35,894 nucleotides of DNA from a virus (IMGVR_UViG_3300031521_000016:1-35894); one strand, 5' to 3'. Counted from the first letter of the stretch, positions 17,523 through 26,455 are shown. The notes: generated from the letters alone by a model not told the origin. Program-made: numbers and translations.

Positions 17523-18173
17523 ATGAATAAAAATACAATTCGTAAATTTAATAAACAGATGACTACAATAAAGGGTGCAGTTATGATAACTGAAGAGTCT
17601 TTTAAAAAGGGAATAGCTACAGTTACAAGAATATTGAATGATGGAAAAGAACATAAGATCGTCTTGCCTCTGCCAAGTTTGTCTGGTGCTATAATTGATG
17701 GTAACTATGAATACTATGTAAGTGGAGCGGACATAAAACATGCACCGTTGACTGTGTCGAAACAGATAAACATAGGCTACAATAAATTAGAGTCTCTTAA
17801 AAATTGTCCTGATACTTGTGAATCAATAAACTTATCTTCTATTGAATCTCTAAAAACTTTGCATGGTATATCTAAATATATCGAATCTGAATTGAATATC
17901 AGAGACTGTAAAGATATTGAATCATTAGATGGCTCTCCATCCGAAGTACAATACTTTATATTATTTAATGTACCAAAATTGAAAACATTAAAATTTGCTC
18001 CTATTGCTGATACCTACAGAATCTTAAAATGTCCCGATGTACCAGATGAAGAAATAGATTTAAGCAAAAATGATAAAGAGTTATTTCATAAATGGTTAAA
18101 GTCAGGTGAAGACTTTAAAGATTTCATGTATAAGAAAAGAGGTATAACCCTCGGTAAAAAATTTGGGTTTTAA
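17523..18173 (+). CDS. RG-FGF-tagged protein 17, LRR-like repeat protein
   Basis: Repeats LESLKNCP, LKTLHGIS, IESLDGSP, LKTLKFAP; ends KWLKSGEDFKDFMYKKRGITLGKKFGF*; start could be a later Met. Confidence 0.8.
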   Translation: MNKNTIRKFNKQMTTIKGAVMITEESFKKGIATVTRILNDGKEHKIVLPLPSLSGAIIDGNYEYYVSGADIKHAPLTVSKQINIGYNKLESLKNCPDTCESINLSSIESLKTLHGISKYIESELNIRDCKDIESLDGSPSEVQYFILFNVPKLKTLKFAPIADTYRILKCPDVPDEEIDLSKNDKELFHKWLKSGEDFKDFMYKKRGITLGKKFGF

Positions 18174-18194
18174 ATAAAACCTTTATAACAAAAC

Positions 18195-18237
18195 AAAAAA
18201 CCCATGACATATAATCGAGTATATTGTCATGGGTTTT
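18195..18237. terminator. bidirectional intrinsic terminator
   Basis: 13-bp inverted repeat AAAACCCATGACA / TGTCATGGGTTTT between convergent genes. Confidence 0.8.
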
Positions 18238-18257
18238 GTCTGTTCTTATAGATGAAT

Positions 18258-19085
18258 TTATGAATTTAGCATATCTGTTTTTATTTTCGATACTAATTCC
18301 AAATGAGCTGGTCCAAACGGAGTCCATGCAATACCCATTTCTTTAAGATCATATTTTTGAACTACTGTACTATAATCGGTTACTCCTTCTGGATGTCCAA
18401 TTAAATAAATAACATCGGCTAATTCGGTAGCAAGATGTAAATCATGAGTTGAAAAAATGATAGTATTTAATTCATCACTTGATTGAATTAATTCGAAAGC
18501 CTCTTTTACACTTTCAATATTTCCAACATCTAAACCAGAAAATGGTTCGTCGAATATCATGAAATGCTTTGATGTAAGAAGCTGTTCAATAATTGCTGTA
18601 CGTTGTCTTTGACCACCGGATAACTCGCAAGGGTATTTATCTTTATGTTCGATTAGTCCCCATTTGGTTAACTGTTCATCGATAAGTTTCGTTTTTTCTT
18701 CTTTTGGTAACATACATTTTTTCAGTGCATAGAACATGATTTGATTCACTGTCTTATGTCTAAATAATGTATATTTTTGATCAACAAAACCTACATCTCC
18801 TTCAGCTACTTCTTTAGCAGCTTCTGGTTGTCCAGGCATTGAAGTAGAAATTAAAACTCTTCCGGAAATTGGTTTATCAAGTCCAGATAAAGCTCTGAAT
18901 AATGTAGATTTTCCTCTTCCAGAGCGTCCTACTACAGCTATAACTTGTCCAGTGGCTTTGACACCTTCACGAACCACATCTTTTTCGACAATCGTAACAT
19001 TTTTCAAAACACCTTTTCCACTATAACCGACTGAAATATTGTCGAGATAGAAAATTGTCTGTTTAAGTTCGTAATTATAGCTCAT
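18258..19085 (-). CDS. ABC transporter ATP-binding protein (NitT/TauT-like)
   Basis: Walker A GRSGRGKST, signature LSGGQRQR, Walker B MIFDEPF, switch THD. Confidence 0.93.
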   Translation of the reverse strand: MSYNYELKQTIFYLDNISVGYSGKGVLKNVTIVEKDVVREGVKATGQVIAVVGRSGRGKSTLFRALSGLDKPISGRVLISTSMPGQPEAAKEVAEGDVGFVDQKYTLFRHKTVNQIMFYALKKCMLPKEEKTKLIDEQLTKWGLIEHKDKYPCELSGGQRQRTAIIEQLLTSKHFMIFDEPFSGLDVGNIESVKEAFELIQSSDELNTIIFSTHDLHLATELADVIYLIGHPEGVTDYSTVVQKYDLKEMGIAWTPFGPAHLELVSKIKTDMLNS

Positions 19086-19855
19086 ATTTTTGAAAATCTA
19101 AAAGACATTTTACGTATTGAAGTTAGAATATAGTCAAGGAGTATACCGATTGATAGAATAATGATCTGTAATGCAATAACCCTTCCTTGATTACCTAACT
19201 TATCTGAATTTTTAATTAGAAATCCTAAACCTCCGGCTGCAGCTAATAAACTTTCAACCGTTATTAGCATCATCCAAACGATAGCCAAATTTTGTCGAAT
19301 ACTTTCGATTACATAGTCGAATCTTCCTTTTATGACAACTTCATAAAGAATTTCCCATCTACTGCAACCTAATGCTCTGGCATGGTCAAATTCCTCTTGT
19401 GGAATATCTTTGATGACACCTAATATAGAAGTTGCAAAGAACGTACTCATGAATACCACGAGGATAGATACTTGTGTTATTCTGGCATCCGATATCAAAA
19501 TAGATAAGTAGAATGCGATACCTGCAAGAGGTAAGTATCTAAACTTTGAAATAAATGAAGAGATCGGTTGTAAAATTGGAACAGGTGATAAATAACAAAA
19601 TGATAATGAAAATAAGACCGATATTAAAACAGCTTGACCACATAGTGATAAAGAGCTTCCGATATGAACAGTTAAACCTTCATTCCATAATGCACCGAAA
19701 CCTTCTAAGACTTGAATTGGCGTTGGAAAAATGTGCGTTTGACCAATGTAGCTTGATGTGACCCAAAGAGTAAGAATAGAAATTAACCATCCTAAGCGGA
19801 TGGTTAATTCTGTGGAACTCTTTATTTTTTCAAAAGGGCTTAATATTCCTTTCAT
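19082..19855 (-). CDS. ABC transporter permease (NitT/TauT-like)
   Basis: Multiple TM segments, FPTP, EAA-loop-like EEFDHARALGCSRW, GGLGFLI. Confidence 0.9.
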   Translation of the reverse strand: MKGILSPFEKIKSSTELTIRLGWLISILTLWVTSSYIGQTHIFPTPIQVLEGFGALWNEGLTVHIGSSLSLCGQAVLISVLFSLSFCYLSPVPILQPISSFISKFRYLPLAGIAFYLSILISDARITQVSILVVFMSTFFATSILGVIKDIPQEEFDHARALGCSRWEILYEVVIKGRFDYVIESIRQNLAIVWMMLITVESLLAAAGGLGFLIKNSDKLGNQGRVIALQIIILSIGILLDYILTSIRKMSFRFSKI

Positions 19856-21663
19856 TATTTCATGATGTTAATTTCGCATCTACGATTCTTTGCTCTACCA
19901 GCTGCCGTTACATTAGTTGCAATAGGGTTGGCTTCACCTAATCCATCGACCTTTTGGAAACGTGTTTCATCGATGCCTTTATTAGCAAGATATGTTTGAA
20001 CCGCTTTAGCTCGTTGTTTAGATAGAGTTAAGTTTGTGTTATCATCTCCTGCATTATCAGTATACCCGGTGATTACTACTTTAGAATGTTCTCCTTGAAC
20101 CAATAGGCCGTAGATAATTTCTAGTTCTTTTGTACCGATTATGTTAGCAGAACCTGAAGCGAAATTGATTTGCCATTGTCCTGATGCCATAACTGTAGTT
20201 TGTGTAGCAGTATAGTCTTGTTTTGTTACAGAACCGGCATCTACATCGGTGATAGATTTTAAGAAGTATAAATTCACAGCTTCTGAATAAGGAATGATAC
20301 CACCTTTTACAGATTCATTAAAGCCACATGGATTTAATTCTACAAGATATTTAGAAATTTGTTCATATACTGTCTTGTATCTATTTGTACCATCGGTTAG
20401 TCCAAAGTATTGCATTGCATCAGCATAATTCAATGCTCTTGTTCCACCGATATTGTATTGTACTCCGGCTTTTGTTTTATGAATACCTTTGAACATTGTA
20501 TACCAGTATTCAGGAGATTCAAAGTTGTAAGTTTTACATACAACTTCTGATCCGAATCGTGCCCATTCATCATATTGTTTTACTTGGTTAGAAGCAGTAT
20601 ATGCATTCTTTAAAAGTGCTACGACTTGTTTTTCATGTGCCACTGCCCATTCTTTAACTACTACAATAGAAGTTGCCATTTGATTAGTGAACTCTTTAGT
20701 TGAGATTACATCTGTATATCCTGATAAAGCATCGAATGCAATTTTATCTCCCGGAGTCCATGTGGTAGCACCATTGATTTTGATATTTACTGTGTTACCA
20801 GTCAATTTACCATCTTTTACTTCTTTAAGTGGAACAGTAAAACCTGTGTTTTGTGATTTAATAAGCTCTTTTACAGAGTTGATATAGTCATCATTTTCAG
20901 AAGGAGTAAAGTTGATAGCATCAGGGTCATATGTTTTTACATCCGGATTAACTTTGATGTTATTAGCAAAGGCAAAGTTGATAGCTACTACCCAGTCACC
21001 ATCTCCTACTACTGATGAAATAAGACAACCTTTCATTAATTGTGGATTTTTCTTCCATGCATCTGGTCCGATTAATTTATCTTCACCGTCCGACATTCCA
21101 ATTGCTCCAATATTTTGTAAGTGATACTTATCTTTACCGAATTTATCGTTTAAAGCCTGTTGACCGGTTGCTATATAAAATGGAACACCATCACCCATGA
21201 TAGATACTGCGAATGCCGATTTGTCAGCATCTGGGTATTCTTTACCGGCTGCTAGTTCTTCTACGAACTTAAGTTGCATATTACGTAAATCCGATACTCC
21301 GTCGATACGTACAATTTCTAAATTAAGGTCGGATGCTTCATTTAATGATCCTTTTGTAGTACGAGGTCCACCATTAGCAGCAATCATTCCGATGTTTCCG
21401 TTCCATGCATATTCGGCGATACGAATAAGTGGTTTCTTTGCGGCCGAAGTAGAAGGAGTTTGTGAAGGGGTTTCAAGTTTTGCAGCTTTTTGCATGTTAT
21501 CGATATGATCTTTACTCAACGATAATCCAGCAAGTCTTTTAGCTGCATCAATACGAAGTCCCGGTGAAAGCCATGCGATGGCACCTAATACAATTGCTAA
21601 ACCGATTGTTACAATGACTGCTTCAGCACCACTGGTCAATTTAGTCTTTAAAATTTTTCCCAT
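19855..21663 (-). CDS. membrane-anchored substrate-binding protein fused to an OmpA-like peptidoglycan-binding domain
   Basis: N-terminal TM; periplasmic binding-protein-like core; C-terminal INFASGS...ITGYTDNAG...NLTLSKQRAKAV...NRRCEI. Confidence 0.85.
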   Translation of the reverse strand: MGKILKTKLTSGAEAVIVTIGLAIVLGAIAWLSPGLRIDAAKRLAGLSLSKDHIDNMQKAAKLETPSQTPSTSAAKKPLIRIAEYAWNGNIGMIAANGGPRTTKGSLNEASDLNLEIVRIDGVSDLRNMQLKFVEELAAGKEYPDADKSAFAVSIMGDGVPFYIATGQQALNDKFGKDKYHLQNIGAIGMSDGEDKLIGPDAWKKNPQLMKGCLISSVVGDGDWVVAINFAFANNIKVNPDVKTYDPDAINFTPSENDDYINSVKELIKSQNTGFTVPLKEVKDGKLTGNTVNIKINGATTWTPGDKIAFDALSGYTDVISTKEFTNQMATSIVVVKEWAVAHEKQVVALLKNAYTASNQVKQYDEWARFGSEVVCKTYNFESPEYWYTMFKGIHKTKAGVQYNIGGTRALNYADAMQYFGLTDGTNRYKTVYEQISKYLVELNPCGFNESVKGGIIPYSEAVNLYFLKSITDVDAGSVTKQDYTATQTTVMASGQWQINFASGSANIIGTKELEIIYGLLVQGEHSKVVITGYTDNAGDDNTNLTLSKQRAKAVQTYLANKGIDETRFQKVDGLGEANPIATNVTAAGRAKNRRCEINIMK

Positions 21664-21703
21664 GTTTTTGTTTTTAAATGATTATTTTTTAATATGAATT
21701 ATT

Positions 21704-21746
21704 TTATGATACAAAAATAATACAATTACGTCTATTTGCAAAACGT
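21704..21746 (-). promoter_or_regulatory. repeated phage promoter, copy 9
   Basis: ACGTTTTG-N19-TATTTTTGTATCATAA. Confidence 0.9.
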
Positions 21747-21770
21747 AATTGTATTATTTTTGTAAATATT

Positions 21771-22877
21771 TTAGAAAATGCTTCCTAATGAACCGAGAGA
21801 ATCTTTATCAGTAGATGATAATTTATAGTCAGGGTTATTATACTTTTTAGTATCAGTAGTTGCTTTTTCTCCGGCAGTAATACTATTTGCCAACTTATCA
21901 AGATTAGCATAAAGATCATCACTATTTAAGTTATAGTCTTTAGTAGCAGTATCGATATCCTGAAGATTAGTTGTAGTTATTGCAATATCGGCAGTAATTG
22001 CACTTGATACACATTCGATAGCATACTCAACTTCCCAACCGGTAGTAAATAAGATAGCATCTTTTGCTGCAGTCGTAGCATCTTTCGATTTTTCAGCAAA
22101 GTCATAATCACGTTTTAGCATATCTACTGTAGCATCGAAGTCAGCAATTTTGATATCCATAGAAGTTGCCACCATAGTCAATTTTTGACCAAGTTTCTTC
22201 ATGATAGTTGCACGAGACATGTATTTCTGTACAAAATTCTGTTCTTGTTCTAATTGAGCGGCTAAACGTGTACTTTTAGAAACAAGGGTAAGAAGTTCAG
22301 CGCTATCATTAACATAGTCATCTTCCTCTTTAGCTTTTACACCACCTTCTAAAAATCGTCTATCTAAGTCATCATGAAGAGCTTTTGCTTGATCTCGTAA
22401 TCTAACGATTTCTTTTAGATCTTTTTCAGCATCTCTTTCATTTTTCTTAGCTTCTACTTCCATATCTCTTCGGAGATTTTCAATTTTAGCTTTAGAAAGA
22501 TAAAATTTATCTCTATTTGCGAGTAAACCTACTCGTTTATTTGCTAATTCACCGAGTGGATCATATTGTATAATCGATTTATGAATAGCTCTAGTTAATA
22601 ATCGTAAGCCTCTGATGATATTTGGTATCATCATAATTACAAATACAAGAAATGCACCGGTAGCTACTAATGCAATAGCCTTGCCAAGATATATGAAAAG
22701 TGGTGGTAGAACATATTTGAAGATAAGGAATCCAGCGAGTCCAAATACAGCTAGTTTAATAAACCAGAAGAGATTTTTTTCACCTTTTCGGAATACGTCT
22801 ACTTGTTTAGTTACATTCTCAGGAAAGTGTTGCATAAAAGGCAACTGTTGCAAACCATTACTTACATTGTTTGTCAT
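21771..22877 (-). CDS. membrane-anchored long coiled-coil protein (PspA-like architecture)
   Basis: Two N-terminal TM helices then more than 250 aa of heptad-rich helix. Confidence 0.65.
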   Translation of the reverse strand: MTNNVSNGLQQLPFMQHFPENVTKQVDVFRKGEKNLFWFIKLAVFGLAGFLIFKYVLPPLFIYLGKAIALVATGAFLVFVIMMIPNIIRGLRLLTRAIHKSIIQYDPLGELANKRVGLLANRDKFYLSKAKIENLRRDMEVEAKKNERDAEKDLKEIVRLRDQAKALHDDLDRRFLEGGVKAKEEDDYVNDSAELLTLVSKSTRLAAQLEQEQNFVQKYMSRATIMKKLGQKLTMVATSMDIKIADFDATVDMLKRDYDFAEKSKDATTAAKDAILFTTGWEVEYAIECVSSAITADIAITTTNLQDIDTATKDYNLNSDDLYANLDKLANSITAGEKATTDTKKYNNPDYKLSSTDKDSLGSLGSIF

Positions 22878-22891
22878 CTTTTTATTTTATT

Positions 22892-23617
22892 TTAGATTGT
22901 TGAAAGATTATTTTTTACTTTTACTAATGAAGTCGTAATATGTTCTTTTGCCATATCGTTAGCTGCGAGCTTTAATTTTATTTCATTAAGCTCAGGATCA
23001 AATTTACTATCGATAGTGGCAAGTTCGGCTGTTTTATTTCCGAGTTGAGTTTGCAACGTTGATATTTGTTCAGTCAATGACTGAATATCGGTAGTTAAAT
23101 TCCGGGTGTCTGTTTCCTTTTGAGTAGCTATTGCAGCTGCTTTTAAATTCCCATCAGTATCGAAAGTTGTGTGAATGTTGTCGATCTCCTTGATATAAAA
23201 ATCGGCTTGTTCCAATAAAGTTTCTTTCGTTACAGATTTGTCCATTCTTACGGCCATTCCAAGTCCCATAGTATAAACTTGTGGATTATCTATACCCATT
23301 TCTGATACAGATTGGTAGAACTCGAAGAAGTCGTATCCAGGTTGATTTAATGCTTCAAACCTCTTATCATATACCTCAATAATTTTATCCATAAATGGAT
23401 TACCTACCTGTGTAGGTTGAGGTTGTGAAAATGATGTTGCAGCTGGTGGAACAAATGATGTTGCAGCCGGTGTAACGGGGAATGAAGTCGCAGAGGGAGC
23501 AGCAGTAGTAACGGGAAATGAAGTTACTGGTGGGGCAGGTGTTGCTTTTACTTTAGCTTCTTCTTCTGCTGCTGGGGCTTCAAAAATTGCATTTTTAATA
23601 ATGTCTTTAAAACTCAT
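22892..23617 (-). CDS. hypothetical protein with Pro/Ala/Thr linker and C-terminal coiled coil
   Basis: Four TSF repeats in the linker; GYDFFEFY core; coiled-coil tail. Confidence 0.75.
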   Translation of the reverse strand: MSFKDIIKNAIFEAPAAEEEAKVKATPAPPVTSFPVTTAAPSATSFPVTPAATSFVPPAATSFSQPQPTQVGNPFMDKIIEVYDKRFEALNQPGYDFFEFYQSVSEMGIDNPQVYTMGLGMAVRMDKSVTKETLLEQADFYIKEIDNIHTTFDTDGNLKAAAIATQKETDTRNLTTDIQSLTEQISTLQTQLGNKTAELATIDSKFDPELNEIKLKLAANDMAKEHITTSLVKVKNNLSTI

Positions 23618-23688
23618 CGTTAATTATTTTTGGTGGATTATTTTTTTGAATTAGATAAATATAACAAATATACACGCTTAGAAAAAAT

Positions 23689-24207
23689 TTAGAACCCAAA
23701 TTTAGCACCTGCTACAAATCCGCGTTTCTTTTCTGAGAATTCATCAGGTGTCATACCTGATTCTAACCATGCTAAGAAGATATCTTCTTGTATTGTAACA
23801 TTTTTATGCTTATTCAGATAATCTATAGCCATTATCGTTGAATCTTCAGTATATTTTTTATAAAATGTGGTATCGTACACAGACAGGTATTGTGACCAAT
23901 CTTTTTTATATTCCCATGTAGCTATAGTATAAATTTTAGACCTATTAGTTGATTCTACGGCAGCTTGTTTAGTAAGCATTGTAGAAGTGAATTTTTCGGG
24001 TATAGGTTTTAAGACATTATATTTACCAGGTGTATACTTATCCATCTGTAAATATTTAAGATGACAAAATTTTATTCTTATGCTATCTACAGTAGAGTTT
24101 GCTCTGTCTAAGCCATTAGCTATAGCAGTAAGGTCACGTCGATAAATATCTTTACCAATGTGACTATTTATGTATAGCTTTATATGTGAATATAAAGAAT
24201 CGGTCAT
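23689..24207 (-). CDS. RG-FGF-tagged protein 18, possible winged-helix N-terminus
   Basis: Ends AWLESGMTPDEFSEKKRGFVAGAKFGF*; STVDSIR...KYLQ...PGKY..LKPIP is wHTH-like (inference). Confidence 0.8.
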   Translation of the reverse strand: MTDSLYSHIKLYINSHIGKDIYRRDLTAIANGLDRANSTVDSIRIKFCHLKYLQMDKYTPGKYNVLKPIPEKFTSTMLTKQAAVESTNRSKIYTIATWEYKKDWSQYLSVYDTTFYKKYTEDSTIMAIDYLNKHKNVTIQEDIFLAWLESGMTPDEFSEKKRGFVAGAKFGF

Positions 24208-24704
24208 GATATTTTTCTAACGCGAGAGTCTTTATATTTTGCACCTGTAATCTTACAGAATACTAAACGCATATCGTTTCTTGAATGACCCGATCTAAAA
24301 AAGATGCTATCTGTTGAACCGTCATGTGAAGAGGCAATATAGTTTGCTTCCGCTAACGAAACAGTAGTAATAATGGTTCCATTACGTTTCGTGTATACAT
24401 AACTCAAATCTGGCAATTGAATGAAAGAAATTGATCGAAAGACATTTTTTGTCTTTTTTACTGTTCCATAAAGAGGAGTTTGAATCTTTATAGGCGCCAA
24501 GTTTTTGGCGGTATAGATTCTAAATGATCCGTTATGAGTAAACGAAAAGTCTAATTGAGCAAGAGCAGCTGATACTTCAGCTTGTTCAGCAAAAAATCCT
24601 TGATTACGAAGTTCGTTCTTTACGTCCAGTGTCGTAGTAGAACCATTTGTTGCAATCAAATCCGATGCGACTAATTCTACATCAGTGATAGTAAATGTTT
24701 TCAT
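24204..24704 (-). CDS. hypothetical protein
   Basis: ATG at 24704 (MKTFTITDV); the track extension overlaps the upstream gene. Confidence 0.75.
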   Translation of the reverse strand: MKTFTITDVELVASDLIATNGSTTTLDVKNELRNQGFFAEQAEVSAALAQLDFSFTHNGSFRIYTAKNLAPIKIQTPLYGTVKKTKNVFRSISFIQLPDLSYVYTKRNGTIITTVSLAEANYIASSHDGSTDSIFFRSGHSRNDMRLVFCKITGAKYKDSRVRKIS

Positions 24705-24741
24705 ATTGTTTTTTATGTGTATGTGTAAAAAGTTTTGAGAA

Positions 24742-25041
24742 TTATTTTGTATGAGTATCAACAAACCGATCAATATCTTTTGCTTCCTGATCGACGTATG
24801 CAGTTTCTTCATTTTTTGCAAAGTCATCCTTTAGTAATTGTAATATTGTCTTGGCATGTTTTCGTTTTCTATTTTGCTTTGTATTCAGAAGATTGAACAG
24901 TTTTACTTTAGTAGTATCATTAACTTCATCTAGCCCTTCAATGCATAATTTACCGTCTTCTTCATACACATATATTTTCTGTAAAGTTACGACAAATATA
25001 CCTGAAACATCTCTTACACTTTTTACTTTTGTTAGGCTCAT
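24742..25041 (-). CDS. hypothetical protein
   Basis: 99 aa, ATGA-coupled. Confidence 0.7.
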   Translation of the reverse strand: MSLTKVKSVRDVSGIFVVTLQKIYVYEEDGKLCIEGLDEVNDTTKVKLFNLLNTKQNRKRKHAKTILQLLKDDFAKNEETAYVDQEAKDIDRFVDTHTK

Positions 25042-25487
25042 GATACTAATCTTGAAATTACTTCTTTAACTTTAGTTATATCAGCTCTACCCATGAAGCG
25101 TTTATTGAATTCACCCATAGTTTTTCCTCTACGTGCATTTTCATTTGGCAGACCAGAAAATTCCTGTGCTATTTTTGTTATAGCTTCTTCTATTTCAGTG
25201 TCAGTTAATGCAGCTGGAAGATATTTCTTCATTTCTGCTGCTTCTGCTAGTTCTGCTTCTGCAAGGTCAGGACGAGATTGTTCAATGTAGATTTTAGCAC
25301 TTTCTTCACGTTGCGTCATAGCTTTTGTTATGACTTTGATGACATCCTCATCAGTAGCTTCTACATTTTTTTCTTTCTCAAACTCTACTATTTTTGCTTT
25401 AATACCGCTGAGTGATAGTTTAGCAACTGAGTCTTTGTTCTTCATAGCAAGGATAAAATCTTGCTGTATAAGTTCTTTTAGTGTCAT
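25038..25487 (-). CDS. yqeY: GatB/YqeY domain protein
   Basis: LAMKNKD...DEDVIKVI...QREESAKIY...RPDLAEAELAE...YLP...GKTMG. Confidence 0.9.
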   Translation of the reverse strand: MTLKELIQQDFILAMKNKDSVAKLSLSGIKAKIVEFEKEKNVEATDEDVIKVITKAMTQREESAKIYIEQSRPDLAEAELAEAAEMKKYLPAALTDTEIEEAITKIAQEFSGLPNENARRGKTMGEFNKRFMGRADITKVKEVISRLVS

Positions 25488-26455
25488 TTTATATATTTGT
25501 TTATCGGGTATGATCTATAACCTTTCCCTTCTATTAATTGATTACTGAATTTATTACATGAGTTTGTCATAAAAAATGTTAAGGCTTCTAGATCACAATC
25601 TTTATTGTCACTTAGATATTTATAAGCACGACTTATTTCATATGAATACTTTGCCTTTAAGATATGTTTCGATAATTCTGGACAAGGATATGAAGCTTTA
25701 AGAGCAAGTTCTGCATTTGCAACTCTCATATCGTCAGAACTCCAAATTTCATGGCTGTTGTATATGATAGCTTCACGGTTAAGAGCCTTGTCAGTAAAAA
25801 TCTGTTCAGTTCTATTAAGACAGATTAAATCTTTAATTGCTTTATTTGTTGGAGCATAATTAATAATACTCCATTTTTTACCAACTAAGCAACCAAAAAA
25901 TGCACGTTTAACAGTATCTTCTTTTATGTGATGAGCGTAATCATATTCTGAATAATATCCTCCTCTACCTGCTCTACTTGTACCGTAACATGCAGTTTGC
26001 TTACAGTACCATGATCCCAAATATACCATTTCAGTGCCATGTTCACATCTAGCTCCTTTGTACATATCTCCAATCCTCGCCTTCGTCAGTGGTATGATTT
26101 GATCAGCAATTTTAGTTAAAGCTTTCTCTTTATATAAGAGATCGATATATTCTGTATCTAAAGTACGGATAAGTTGCATCTCATGCCTTACTATATTTTC
26201 TACAAAAGTCAATTCATCTTCAATAGTACCATTTATTATACGTAATCTGGTAAGTGGAAGTTGTGCAAAATCTACCCAAACCTCTTTCGGTAAGTTAGGA
26301 TGAGTTATTTCAAACCCGTCTGAACAGTAATCAGATATTTTAATTCCAGACATTGGAATATTATTGAATGCCACTGTATCTTTACCGCCGGTCATTCTTA
26401 CTCTTTTCCCGATATATGCTTTCGTTAAAAGCTTTATACTACACGTATTGATCAT
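25484..26455 (-). CDS. hypothetical protein
   Basis: 323 aa ORF. Confidence 0.75.
   Translation of the reverse strand: MINTCSIKLLTKAYIGKRVRMTGGKDTVAFNNIPMSGIKISDYCSDGFEITHPNLPKEVWVDFAQLPLTRLRIINGTIEDELTFVENIVRHEMQLIRTLDTEYIDLLYKEKALTKIADQIIPLTKARIGDMYKGARCEHGTEMVYLGSWYCKQTACYGTSRAGRGGYYSEYDYAHHIKEDTVKRAFFGCLVGKKWSIINYAPTNKAIKDLICLNRTEQIFTDKALNREAIIYNSHEIWSSDDMRVANAELALKASYPCPELSKHILKAKYSYEISRAYKYLSDNKDCDLEALTFFMTNSCNKFSNQLIEGKGYRSYPINKYIK

Noticed and set aside
17508-17741. Apparent 219-nt antisense overlap of 17235..17741 with 17523..18173
   Set aside because: It disappears if ATG 17507 is used; the extension reads like antisense shadow sequence
23665-23695. Promoter before 22892..23617 (TATATTTG)
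   Set aside because: Only a -7 match, with no -33 box or conserved tail; too weak to call
2469-24207. Tag as a BamA beta-signal or T9SS C-terminal domain
   Set aside because: The proteins lack signal peptides and beta-barrel character; T9SS CTDs are much longer domains
2469-24207. Tag or promoter repeats as a CRISPR array, att sites or MITEs
   Set aside because: Tag DNA varies at synonymous positions; spacing is gene-sized and irregular; no terminal repeats, cas genes or integrase seen
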